DNA from: an uncultured Thermoleophilia bacterium
GTDB taxonomy: Bacteria; Actinomycetota; Thermoleophilia; UBA2241
Direction of reading: 5' to 3'
Length of the DNA: 64,000 nucleotides
NCBI GenBank assembly: GCA_963715985.1
Contig: CAVQSP010000020.1
Span: forward strand, 61,453-125,452
In this document: in pieces, positions 53,169-61,757 of the stretch
Numbering within the stretch: position 1 is the stretch's first letter
How the letters are laid out: every line of letters starts with the position of its first letter
Made by a program: the position numbers and the translations under genes
The notes under the pieces: generated by a model
Told to the model about the DNA's origin: nothing
Database searches by the model: none
The model's input: the letters and a program-made list of their open reading frames with translations, nothing else

Positions 53169-53868
53169 CTAGGACAAACGTCTATCCGGGGCGTGGCGAC
53201 GCGCGCACGGACCGGCGCACGGCGTCGTGCCGGAGTGGGCGTGCGCGACGGAACGGCTCAGAGGAACGCGAAGGTCGCCATGCACGAGACGAGCTTCACG
53301 CCCCGTGCTCGGCCACGCCTCGCGTCCTGCCTGGGCGCGGACGAGGTAGGCCTGTCGCCTTTGAAGACCAGCTCGGCGGAGGCCGCGACATCCTGCCCGG
53401 AGATCGTGTAGGTGTACGTCTCGTGACACGCGGGCCGGCCGTCCACGGTCGTCCAGGTGAGAGGCTCGGCGATCGCTGAGGCCGGGCAGGTCTCCGACCA
53501 GCATCGACCAGCATCGCCTCGAAGTCGCTCTTGTGCTTCTTGAAGTCGGCCTGTCGGACGGAGCAGCGCTCATCCCGTAGACGGCGACCTCGAGCGTGTC
53601 CACCGACTTGCCGTCTATCTGCGTGCCCTCGGGGTCCGCGAAGAAGACGTCCAGCAAGGGCGCCTCAGGGTCTGGGCGTCCCGCGGGAATCTCCGCCTTC
53701 ACGAATCCCGACGGATAGTCGACGGAGAAGCCGAACTCCCTCGTTGCTGTAGGTGGATGCCGGGAACCCGGCGTTCACGTCCTGCGAGGGAGCCGCGCCG
53801 CACGCCGCCGCGACGAGGCTCACGGCAAGGACACAGACGAGCACGGCAACGCCGCTGATGCGCTTCAC
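53169..53868 (-). pseudogene. Lipoprotein gene fragmented over three frames
   Basis: GTG at 53868 after GGAGG. VKRISGVAVLVCVLAVSLVAAAC|GAAPSQ (lipobox). Sense fragments: FGFSVDYPSGFVKAEIPAGRPDPEAPLLDVFFADPEGTQIDGKSVDTLEVAVYGMS / ADFKKHKSDFEAML / LTWTTVDGRPACHETYTYTISGQDVAASAELVFKGD. A 10-bp tandem duplication lies at 53496-53515. The 3' end is uncertain. Confidence 0.55.
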
Positions 53869-53938
53869 TTGACCTCCGGCACACGTCGCGGCCCGGGTCC
53901 TCCACCAGGCCCGCTCCCCGCTCTCTCGGCGACGCGGC

Positions 53939-54679
53939 CTAGAAGACCTTGTGCCCCAGGATCGCCTTGAGTCTGCCCAAGGCCTTGATGGACTCACGTG
54001 ACACCTTCTTCTGCGTGAGACCCAGCTCCTCCGCCACCTCGGTCTGCGTGAGCTCGCGGAAGAACAGCAGGTAGATGAGACGGCGCTGGAAGAAGGAGAG
54101 CTTGTCCATCGCGCTGTAGAGCGTGATGCGGTCCTCGATGGGCAGGGCGAACGACTCCTGGCGCAGCGAATGCACCATGCCTCGGTCCGCGTGGGCGTCC
54201 ATCTCGCCGGGCGTGAAGGGCTCGTTGCGGCTGTGCAGCTCGATGCGGGCGTACAGGTTGGTGACCTCGAGGATGCCGGCCTCGTTGATGTTGAGCGCCT
54301 GGGCGAGCTCGCTGAGCTCGGGCGGCCTCCCCAGCTTGCGCAGGAGCTCGTTGGACTTGGCCTGGATCTCGCCGTACACCTTCTTCACCCAGCGGGGCTG
54401 TCGCATGAGCAGGGAGTCGCGCAGATGGTGCCGCAGCTCCCCGTCCACGATGGCGGTGGCGTACGTGGAGAACCTCACCCCGCGGTCGCCGTCAAAGCGC
54501 TGGGCGGCCTTGATGAGCCCGAGGTTGGCGACCTGGAGGAGGTCTTCGTAGGGCTCGCTGGCGTAGGCGAAGCGCTTGAGGATGTGGTGCAGGAGGTTCT
54601 GGTTGCGCCGCACCAGCTCGTCGAGCGCCGCCGGCGATCCGGTCTGCTCATACGTGACAAGAAGCTCTTCGTTGTCCAC
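53939..54679 (-). CDS. Group 3 sigma-70 family factor (SigB/SigF/SigG-like)
   Basis: 246 aa. Region 2: LLQVANLGLIKAAQRFDGDRGVRFSTYATAIVDGELRHHLRD. Region 3: PRWVKKVYGEI...LGRPPELSELAQALNI. Region 4: LTQTEVAEELGLTQKKVSRESIKALGRLK. Confidence 0.85.
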   Translation of the reverse strand: MDNEELLVTYEQTGSPAALDELVRRNQNLLHHILKRFAYASEPYEDLLQVANLGLIKAAQRFDGDRGVRFSTYATAIVDGELRHHLRDSLLMRQPRWVKKVYGEIQAKSNELLRKLGRPPELSELAQALNINEAGILEVTNLYARIELHSRNEPFTPGEMDAHADRGMVHSLRQESFALPIEDRITLYSAMDKLSFFQRRLIYLLFFRELTQTEVAEELGLTQKKVSRESIKALGRLKAILGHKVF

Positions 54680-54694
54680 GTCGGCCGCCGGCTC

Positions 54695-55906
54695 TCACTT
54701 CACGATGTTCATCATGTTGAAGATCGGCAGGTACATGGAGATGACGACCAGGCCCACGATGGCACCGACGCCGAGCATGAGGATGGGCTCGAGGATGGAC
54801 GTCAGCGACTTGATGCTCGCGTTGACCTCGTCCTCGTAGAAGTCGGCGATCTTGCTCAGCATGGCGTCCAGGGAGCCCGTCTCCTCCCCCACCGAGATCA
54901 TCTGCGTGACCATCGGCGGGAACACCGGCACCTTCTCCAGCGGCTTCGTGATGGACTCCCCCTCCTTGACGCTCTGCTGGACGTCCACCATGGCCTTCTC
55001 GATGACCGCGTTGCCGGCCGCCTGCCCGGTGATCTCGATGGCCTGGAGGATGGGGACGCCCGAGGCGATGAGCGTGCCCATGGTCCGCGAGAAGCGGGCC
55101 ACGGCCAGCTTGCGCACGATCTGCCCGATGCCCATGGGGATGCGCAGCTTCATGCGGTCCCAGACCATGGTGCCGCGCTCCGTACGCTTGAGACGACGCA
55201 GGCCCCAGATGAGCGCGATGATCGCCGCGAGGACGACGAGCCCCCACCAGCTGCGGAAGATCGCCGAGACGCTGACCATGATGCGCGTGAGGAACGGCAG
55301 CTTGGCGTTGCCGAGATCCTTGTACATGCCGGCGAAGATGGGGATGAGGAACAGCACCATGCCGATGAGCACGAGGATCGCGAAGGAGCCGATGAGGATC
55401 GGGTACACCATGGCGGACTTCACGGCCCGCCGGATGCTGTCCTCTTTCTCCAGCTGCGTGGCGAGGCGGTTCAGCACCTCGTCCAGGATGCCGCCCAGCT
55501 CCCCGGCGCGGACCATGCTGACGTACAGACGGCTGAACACCCTGGGGTGCTTCTCCAGCGAATCGGAGAGGCTGATGCCGGCTTCGACGTCTGCGCGGAT
55601 CTCGCCGACGACCTTGGCCAGCTGCTTGTTGGGCGTCTGCTCCTCGAGGACGTAGAGACAGCGGAGCATGGAGAGACCCGAGTTGACCATCGTCGCGAAC
55701 TGGCGCGAGAAGACGGTGAGGTCCTTGGACTTGATGTGGCCGCCGATCTCGATGGACCCCCAACCCTGCTTGACCTCGTTGAGGTCGAGGACGGTGAAAC
55801 CCTGGTTGCGCAGCGTCGCGGCGACGGCCGCCTTGGTGTCGCCGTCGATCTTGCCGGTGGCCTGGGCGCCGCGCTGGTCTATCGCTTTGTACGCGAACGT
55901 CGTCAT
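54695..55906 (-). CDS. pilC: Type IV pilus platform protein PilC
   Basis: 403 aa. Two GspF repeats and three TM segments. ...SGLSMLRCL...MVRAGELGGILDEVL...SVGEETGSLDAMLSKIADFYE. Confidence 0.9.
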   Translation of the reverse strand: MTTFAYKAIDQRGAQATGKIDGDTKAAVAATLRNQGFTVLDLNEVKQGWGSIEIGGHIKSKDLTVFSRQFATMVNSGLSMLRCLYVLEEQTPNKQLAKVVGEIRADVEAGISLSDSLEKHPRVFSRLYVSMVRAGELGGILDEVLNRLATQLEKEDSIRRAVKSAMVYPILIGSFAILVLIGMVLFLIPIFAGMYKDLGNAKLPFLTRIMVSVSAIFRSWWGLVVLAAIIALIWGLRRLKRTERGTMVWDRMKLRIPMGIGQIVRKLAVARFSRTMGTLIASGVPILQAIEITGQAAGNAVIEKAMVDVQQSVKEGESITKPLEKVPVFPPMVTQMISVGEETGSLDAMLSKIADFYEDEVNASIKSLTSILEPILMLGVGAIVGLVVISMYLPIFNMMNIVK

Positions 55907-56019
55907 CTGTCTCCCTCAGGCCCATGGCCGGCGGACGACTCCGGCAGGTGCCGGCGCGCCTCCGCGGCCGCTCTCCATGGATATCGGCATCGCTCGCTAA
56001 TCCTTCAGCCCCTTCTGCG

Positions 56020-57120
56020 TCAGCGGCCCGCGGCGGCGGCCACGGGGTGCCCGCCGGGCGGCTGCACCAGCAGGCGCTCGAACTCCTGGGGCGTGCTGGA
56101 GCGGTTCTTGGCCAGCTCGCGCGTGATGATGCCGCGGCGCACGAGGTCGGCCAGCGCCGCGTCCATGGTCTGCATGCCGAACTGCGTGCCCGTCTGCATG
56201 GTGGAGTAGATCTGGTGCGTCTTGCCCTCGCGGATGAGGTTGCGCACGGCCGGCGTGGGCACCAGGATCTCGCAGGCCACCACGCGACCGCGGCCGTCCT
56301 TGGTGGGCAGCAGTTGCTGCGTACACACGCCCATGAGCGTGGTGGAGAGCTGCACGCGGATCTGCTCCTGCTGGTGCGGCGGGAAGACGTCGATGATGCG
56401 GTCGATGGTCTGCGGAGCGTCCTGCGTGTGGAGCGTGGCGAACACCAGGTGGCCGGTCTCCGCCGCGGTCAGTGCTGTGCCCATGGTCTCGGTGTCGCGC
56501 ATCTCGCCGACGAGGATGATGTCCGGGTCCTGGCGCAGCACGCTCTTGAGGGCGCGGCTGAAGCCCTTGGTGTCCGCGCCCACCTCGCGCTGGTTCACCA
56601 TGCACTTCTTGTGACGGTGCAGGAACTCGATGGGGTCCTCGATGGTCATGATGTGCTCTTCGCGCGTCTCGTTGATCTCGTCGATGAGAGCCGCGAGCGT
56701 GGTGGACTTGCCGCAGCCTGTGGGGCCGGTCACGACGACGAACCCGCGCGGCTTGCGCGCGAGCTCGTGCAGGGTGCGCGGCAGCCCGAGGTCCTCCAGC
56801 CTCTTGATCGTGATGGGAATAAGGCGGAAGGCGGCACCCAGGCTGTTGCGCTGGAAGTAGGCGTTGACGCGGAACCGCGCCCGGCCGGGGACGGAGTACG
56901 AGAAGTCGATCTCCCACTCGTTCTCCAGGCGCTGCCGCTGGTCCTGGGAGAGGATGCTGTAGATGAGCTCGCGGGTGTCGTTGGCGCTCAGGCGCGGGTA
57001 GTCCAGACGTTCGAGCACGCCGTTGGTGCGGATGATCGGTGGCGACCCGACCGTGAGGTGGAGGTCGCTGGCGTCACGCTCGAGGACTTCGAGAAGGACG
57101 TCGACCAGGTCCATTGTCAC
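56020..57120 (-). CDS. pilT: Twitching motility retraction ATPase PilT
   Basis: 366 aa. ASDLHLTVGSPP, GPTGCGKSTT, ILVGEMRD, ETGHLVFATLHT, AIRNLIREGK-like AVRNLIREGKTHQI. Confidence 0.9.
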   Translation of the reverse strand: MTMDLVDVLLEVLERDASDLHLTVGSPPIIRTNGVLERLDYPRLSANDTRELIYSILSQDQRQRLENEWEIDFSYSVPGRARFRVNAYFQRNSLGAAFRLIPITIKRLEDLGLPRTLHELARKPRGFVVVTGPTGCGKSTTLAALIDEINETREEHIMTIEDPIEFLHRHKKCMVNQREVGADTKGFSRALKSVLRQDPDIILVGEMRDTETMGTALTAAETGHLVFATLHTQDAPQTIDRIIDVFPPHQQEQIRVQLSTTLMGVCTQQLLPTKDGRGRVVACEILVPTPAVRNLIREGKTHQIYSTMQTGTQFGMQTMDAALADLVRRGIITRELAKNRSSTPQEFERLLVQPPGGHPVAAAAGR

Positions 57121-57145
57121 TTCCTCTTGTCGGTATTGCCGTACA

Positions 57146-58840
57146 TCAGATGATCACGCGGGCGATCTCTTCCACGGAGGTCATGCCGAGCAGCACCTTG
57201 TCGATGCCGTCCTCGCGCAGTGCCTTCATGCCTTCGGCCGCGGCTACGCGGGAGATCTCGTCCGCGCTCTTGCGCTCGACCGTGAGCCTGCGGATGGCCT
57301 CGCTCACGACCATGACCTCGTACAGGCCCAGGCGCCCCTTGTAGCCGGTAGTGTTGCACCTCGAGCAGCCTTTCGCACGGTAGAGAACCACGTCATCCCG
57401 GTCACAAACCTCGGGCGGGAAGTCGTTCTTGCGCAGCATCTCTTTGGTCGCCGTATAGGGCTCTCTGCATTCTTTGCAGAGCCGGCGAGCCAGCCGCTGG
57501 GCGAGGACCGCATCGACGGCTGAGGCCGTCAGGAACGGCTCGATCCCCATCTCCGTGAGGCGCGACAGAGCGCCGGGGGCGTCGTTGGTGTGCAGGGTGC
57601 TGAGCACGAGGTGGCCCGTGAGGGCCGACTCGATGGCGATGAGCGCCGTCTCGCGATCGCGGATCTCGCCGACCATGACGATGTCGGGGTCGCAGCGCAG
57701 GATCGAACGCAGCGCCGCGGCGAACGTCATGCCGGCGCGCACGTTGACCTGGACCTGGTTGATCCCCTGCAGGCGGTACTCCACCGGGTCCTCGACCGTG
57801 ATGACGTTCTTCTCGCTGGAGTTGAGGATGTTGAGTGCCGCGTAGAGCGTCGTGGACTTGCCCGACCCGGTCGGGCCGGTGACGAGGATGGCCCCGTAGG
57901 GCTTGAGGAAGGCCTTGCGAAAGCGCTTGAGCGCCTTCTCCGAGAAGCCCAGGTCCTCGAGGTCCAGCATGACGTTGGACTTGTCGAGGAGGCGCATGAC
58001 GACCTTCTCGCCGTACACGGTGGGCAGGGTCGCGACGCGCATGTCGATGGGCTTGCCGCCCACGAGAAGGCCGATGCGCCCGTCCTGCGGGACGCGCCGC
58101 TCGGCGATGTCCAGCTCCGCCATGATCTTGAGCCGGCTGAGGACGGAGGGCTGCATGCGCCGGGGGACGGACATGATCTCGTGCAGCACGCCGTCGATGC
58201 GGAAGCGGATGAGCAACTCCTTGGCCTGCGGCTCGAAGTGGATGTCGCTGGCGCCATCGTCCACCGACTGCGCGATGACCGAGTTGACCAGCTTGACGAT
58301 CGGCGCCTCTTCGGTGGCCTCGCGAATGTCCTCGGGCTCGCCCAAGAGCTCGGCGAACCCGTCCTCCTCGGCCCTGCTCTCGTCGATCTCGGGGCGGTCA
58401 CGGTACATCCTGGCGATGGCGCCGTAGATGTCCTCCTCGCTGGCGATGGCCGGCTGGATGGCGAATCCGGTGATGATCTCGAGGTCCTGGAGGGCGACCA
58501 GGTTCTGCGGGTCCACCATGGCGACGAGCAGCGTGTTGTCGTCGAGGAAACGCACCGGCGCCACGCCGTACCGGCGCGCCAGGCGTTCGTCGATGTAGCC
58601 CGAGGCGGCGGCGTCCAGCGACGTGTCGGTGAGGTCGATGTATGTCACACCGAACTTCGCCGCGAGCGCCCTCGCCAGGTCCAACGCGGTCAGGGCGCCG
58701 TCTTCGATGAGCAGCTGCCCCAGACGCCTGCGGGTCTCCTTCTGCCGGGACAGGGCCGCCGCGATCTGCTCCTCAGTGACCAGGCCCATGTCTTTGAGGA
58801 TATCGCCGAGGCGCAGCTTGGAGGCGCGCTGTGACCGCAC
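57146..58840 (-). CDS. pilB: Type IV pilus extension ATPase PilB
   Basis: From the GTG at 58840 (VRSQRASKLRLGDILKDMGLVTEEQIAAALSRQ = GSPII_E_N/MshEN start). GPTGSGKSTT, VMVGEIRD, LTGHLVLSTLHT, Zn tetracysteine CKECR...CSRC. ~564 aa, which is the typical PilB length. The track ORF extends further in-frame without homology. Confidence 0.85.
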   Translation of the reverse strand: MRSQRASKLRLGDILKDMGLVTEEQIAAALSRQKETRRRLGQLLIEDGALTALDLARALAAKFGVTYIDLTDTSLDAAASGYIDERLARRYGVAPVRFLDDNTLLVAMVDPQNLVALQDLEIITGFAIQPAIASEEDIYGAIARMYRDRPEIDESRAEEDGFAELLGEPEDIREATEEAPIVKLVNSVIAQSVDDGASDIHFEPQAKELLIRFRIDGVLHEIMSVPRRMQPSVLSRLKIMAELDIAERRVPQDGRIGLLVGGKPIDMRVATLPTVYGEKVVMRLLDKSNVMLDLEDLGFSEKALKRFRKAFLKPYGAILVTGPTGSGKSTTLYAALNILNSSEKNVITVEDPVEYRLQGINQVQVNVRAGMTFAAALRSILRCDPDIVMVGEIRDRETALIAIESALTGHLVLSTLHTNDAPGALSRLTEMGIEPFLTASAVDAVLAQRLARRLCKECREPYTATKEMLRKNDFPPEVCDRDDVVLYRAKGCSRCNTTGYKGRLGLYEVMVVSEAIRRLTVERKSADEISRVAAAEGMKALREDGIDKVLLGMTSVEEIARVII

Positions 58841-59225
58841 CGACTCTCTCGAGCAGATCGTCGGTGGTGACGCCGCGAGGAGCCTCTTCAGCCGCCAACG
58901 CCTCAGCCAGGACATCCAACGGAGCAACGTTCTCGCGCCCAGTTTGCGCTGCGCCCGCAGCCCCGTCGCCGGTCTCCGCCTGAGACTGCTCGCCGTTGGG
59001 CCGCGTGAACGCGGCCACGTCCGCCTCTTCCCCAGCGGCCGCAGCTTCCGCAGCCTGTACAAGGACTTCCAGCTGCTCGTCAAAGGGACGCTGTGGCTCA
59101 GGCGACGCCTGCAGACTGTCCTCAGGAGCCCCAGACGGGGTCATCATCGATTCCAGGGCTCCTCCTCCGCTGCCCTTCTTGGACACCTGCTTGGCTCTTG
59201 CCGGCGCTCTTTTGTCATCTTTCAT
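58773..59225 (-). CDS. Acidic low-complexity ORF; either a separate small protein or a frame-shifted N-terminal extension of PilB
   Basis: MKDDKRAPARAKQVSKKGSGGGALES...EEADVAAFTRPNGEQSQAETGDGAAGAA...DVLAEALAAEEAPRGVTTDDLLER then an implausible tail. It overlaps the pilB start region in another frame. Confidence 0.3.
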   Translation of the reverse strand: MKDDKRAPARAKQVSKKGSGGGALESMMTPSGAPEDSLQASPEPQRPFDEQLEVLVQAAEAAAAGEEADVAAFTRPNGEQSQAETGDGAAGAAQTGRENVAPLDVLAEALAAEEAPRGVTTDDLLERVGAVTARLQAAPRRYPQRHGPGH

Positions 59226-60036
59226 GGATCGCATCTCGCATCACATCCAGCGGTGCCGTCCGGTCCGTCCACAGCTCGAAGGCGGCCGCCGCCTGGCGCA
59301 CGAGCATCTCGAGGCCCCCGACCACGGTGGCTTGGCGTGCCCGCGCCCGCACGAGGAACCTGGTCTCGTCGGGAGCGTACACGACGTCGAACGCTACCTG
59401 CCTCGCGCTTAGGTTATCGGCTAACAGCGCAGGGACTTTACCGGCGCCCGCCATGCCGAGCGATGTGGCATTGGCGACTATGGACTGCGCGCCGACGAGC
59501 TCCGCATCGAGGGCCTCCAACGGCAGCCAGCGGCACTCGGCCGCGGGGACGGCCGCGGTGATCAGCGCCGCCAGGCGCTCGGCCGCCGCGGCCGTGCGAT
59601 TCACCACCGTGAGGCGCACGCCCATGCGCACCAGCGCGAGGGCGACAGCGCGCGCCGCGCCACCGGCGCCAAGCACCAGGCCGGGGGCGCCACGCAGGTC
59701 GTCCCCGCAAGCGTCCTCCAGTGCTCCGCGTACCCCTTCCACGTCGGTGTTGTGCCCCACCAGATCGGGGCCGTCGACGGTGATCGTGTTCACGGCCTCA
59801 ACGAGCGCCGCATCGCCTTCCACGCGGTCGAGGTACGGGAGGACGGCGGCCTTGTGCGGCACGGTGACGTTGGCGCCGCGCAGGCCGAGGGCCCTCAGGC
59901 CCTCCACCGCGGCGCCCACCTCCTCGCGGCGCACAGGCAGCGGCACGTACACCCAGTCAAGCCCCAGCGCCGCGAAGGCGGCGTTGTGCAGTGCCGGTGA
60001 GAGCGAGTGCCCCACCGGGTCGCCGATGATGCCCAC
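59215..60036 (-). CDS. aroE: Shikimate dehydrogenase
   Basis: 273 aa. IGDPVGHSLSPALHNAAF, NVTVPHK, LGAGGAARAVALAL. Confidence 0.9.
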   Translation of the reverse strand: MGIIGDPVGHSLSPALHNAAFAALGLDWVYVPLPVRREEVGAAVEGLRALGLRGANVTVPHKAAVLPYLDRVEGDAALVEAVNTITVDGPDLVGHNTDVEGVRGALEDACGDDLRGAPGLVLGAGGAARAVALALVRMGVRLTVVNRTAAAAERLAALITAAVPAAECRWLPLEALDAELVGAQSIVANATSLGMAGAGKVPALLADNLSARQVAFDVVYAPDETRFLVRARARQATVVGGLEMLVRQAAAAFELWTDRTAPLDVMRDAIHER

Positions 60037-60162
60037 AACCGATGTCGTACCGGATACCGTAGGAGTCCCTTCAAGAGCTTGCCGGCCGGCGCGCCAGGCG
60101 CGCCCCTCTACATTAGGCGCCGGCCCCGCCGCTCCTGCCGCGCGAGTGCGCCGGCGCCCAGG

Positions 60163-61371
60163 TCACTGGCCGTTGGCGCGGGCCTTCGCCTGGTCGGCGA
60201 GGAACTGGTCGTAGTCCGAGGAGAAGTAGTGCCGGCCCGAGCCGTCGTTGCGTGCCACGTAGTACAAGTACGGCACGTCGGCCGGGTCTGCGGCCGCCTT
60301 GAGCGCCGCGAGGCCCGGGTTCGAGATGGGCGTGGGCGGCAGACCCGCGTGCTTGTACGTGTTGTACGGCGAGTCGATCTTGAGGTCCTCGAAGGTGAGT
60401 ACGGGCTTGGTCTTGCCCAGGGCGTACTGCACGGTGGCGTCGATCTGCAGCATCATGTCCTTGCGCAGGCGGTTCCAGATGACGGCGGCCACGAGGCGGC
60501 GCTCCCCCGGCATCTGCGCCTCCCGGTCGATCATCGAGGCGATGATGACGACGTCGTACGCTGTGAGGTTGGCCTTGGTGGCGCGCGCCAGGTCGACCTT
60601 GGCGAAGTACCTGTCGAACGTGGCGAGCTGTTCGTCGACGAACTCCGTGGCCGAGATCTTGGGCAGGACCTCGTAGGTGGCCGGGAACAGCATGCCCTCC
60701 AGGGTCGTCCCCTTCTTGTAGCCGTCGAGGTCGAACGGCGGGGGCTCGTCACGGGCGACCTCGACGTAGCCGGCCGCGGAGATCGATGGCACCACGGCCG
60801 CCACTCTGACGGAGGCCTGTCTCAGCGTGGTGCCCTCCGGGATGCTCACCTTGATCGTGGGCGCGTTGACACCCTTGGTCAGGAGCGCCACGAGGCGCTC
60901 GTAGGGCTCGTTCCGGTGAAAGGTGTACGTGCCCGGTTTGAACTCGGTGGCGTAGCCGTCCCCTTGCGCGCGGATGACGAAGGCGCGCGCGTGCTTGACG
61001 ACGCCCTTCGCCTCCAGCTGGTCGGCGATGGAGCTGAGGCTGGCCCCGACGGGCACGACGACCTTCACCGTCCCGCCCATGGCGCCGGTGGAGAAGTACC
61101 CGCGCGCGTAGCCGGTGCCGATCCCCAGGATGAAGGCGAGCACGGCCACCAGCAGGTAGCCCATGAAGCGGCGGCGGCGGCGCCCGGGGCGGTCCCTGCC
61201 GCCGGCGTACCGCGGATCGTCCCCCGTGAACGACGGCTCGAGGTCGTCCCACTCGGTCGGCCCGGCGGCCCTGCGCCGCCCGGCCACCTCCGGACGGCCG
61301 GCCGCCGCGATAGACCTGCCACCCCTCGCCGGGTGGCCGCGGTCCGACCGGCGGAGGCTGTCCGGGGTCAT
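60163..61371 (-). CDS. mltG: Endolytic murein transglycosylase MltG (YceG-like)
   Basis: 402 aa. Basic cytoplasmic tail, TM helix YLLVAVLAFILGIG, then the YceG domain ...ASMIDREAQ..., SPYNTYKHAGLPPTPISNPG. Confidence 0.9.
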   Translation of the reverse strand: MTPDSLRRSDRGHPARGGRSIAAAGRPEVAGRRRAAGPTEWDDLEPSFTGDDPRYAGGRDRPGRRRRRFMGYLLVAVLAFILGIGTGYARGYFSTGAMGGTVKVVVPVGASLSSIADQLEAKGVVKHARAFVIRAQGDGYATEFKPGTYTFHRNEPYERLVALLTKGVNAPTIKVSIPEGTTLRQASVRVAAVVPSISAAGYVEVARDEPPPFDLDGYKKGTTLEGMLFPATYEVLPKISATEFVDEQLATFDRYFAKVDLARATKANLTAYDVVIIASMIDREAQMPGERRLVAAVIWNRLRKDMMLQIDATVQYALGKTKPVLTFEDLKIDSPYNTYKHAGLPPTPISNPGLAALKAAADPADVPYLYYVARNDGSGRHYFSSDYDQFLADQAKARANGQ

Positions 61372-61757
61372 TCGTCACTGATGGTCCTCAGGTAGTCCTC
61401 GAGCAGCGCGGCCGCGGCGCGCGCGTCGCGCGCGGCGCTGCCGCCGCGCCGGTCCGCGAGCGCGGAGGTGAAGCGCTCGTCGTACAGGTCCACGGGGATG
61501 TCGAGCGCCTCGGCCAGGCGCGCCGCGAAGGCGCGGGCGCGCCGCGCCTGCGCGTGTTCGCGGCCGTCCAGAGACACAGGCAGTCCCACCACGACGCGCT
61601 CAGGCCCGCGCTCGGCGATCAGGGTCAGCAATGCCGCCTGACCCGCGGGGGATTCCACCTGGTCGATCACGGTGAGCGGCGTCGCCAGAGTGCCGGTCTC
61701 GTCCGAGATGGCGACACCGGTGCGCACCTGACCGTGATCGAGCGCAAGGACCCGCAC
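61368..61757 (-). CDS. ruvX: Putative pre-16S rRNA nuclease / Holliday junction resolvase-like YqgF
   Basis: (M)RVLALDHGQVRTGVAISD..., VVGLPVSLDG, DERFTS. GTG start adjacent to the alaS stop. Confidence 0.9.
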   Translation of the reverse strand: MRVLALDHGQVRTGVAISDETGTLATPLTVIDQVESPAGQAALLTLIAERGPERVVVGLPVSLDGREHAQARRARAFAARLAEALDIPVDLYDERFTSALADRRGGSAARDARAAAALLEDYLRTISDE

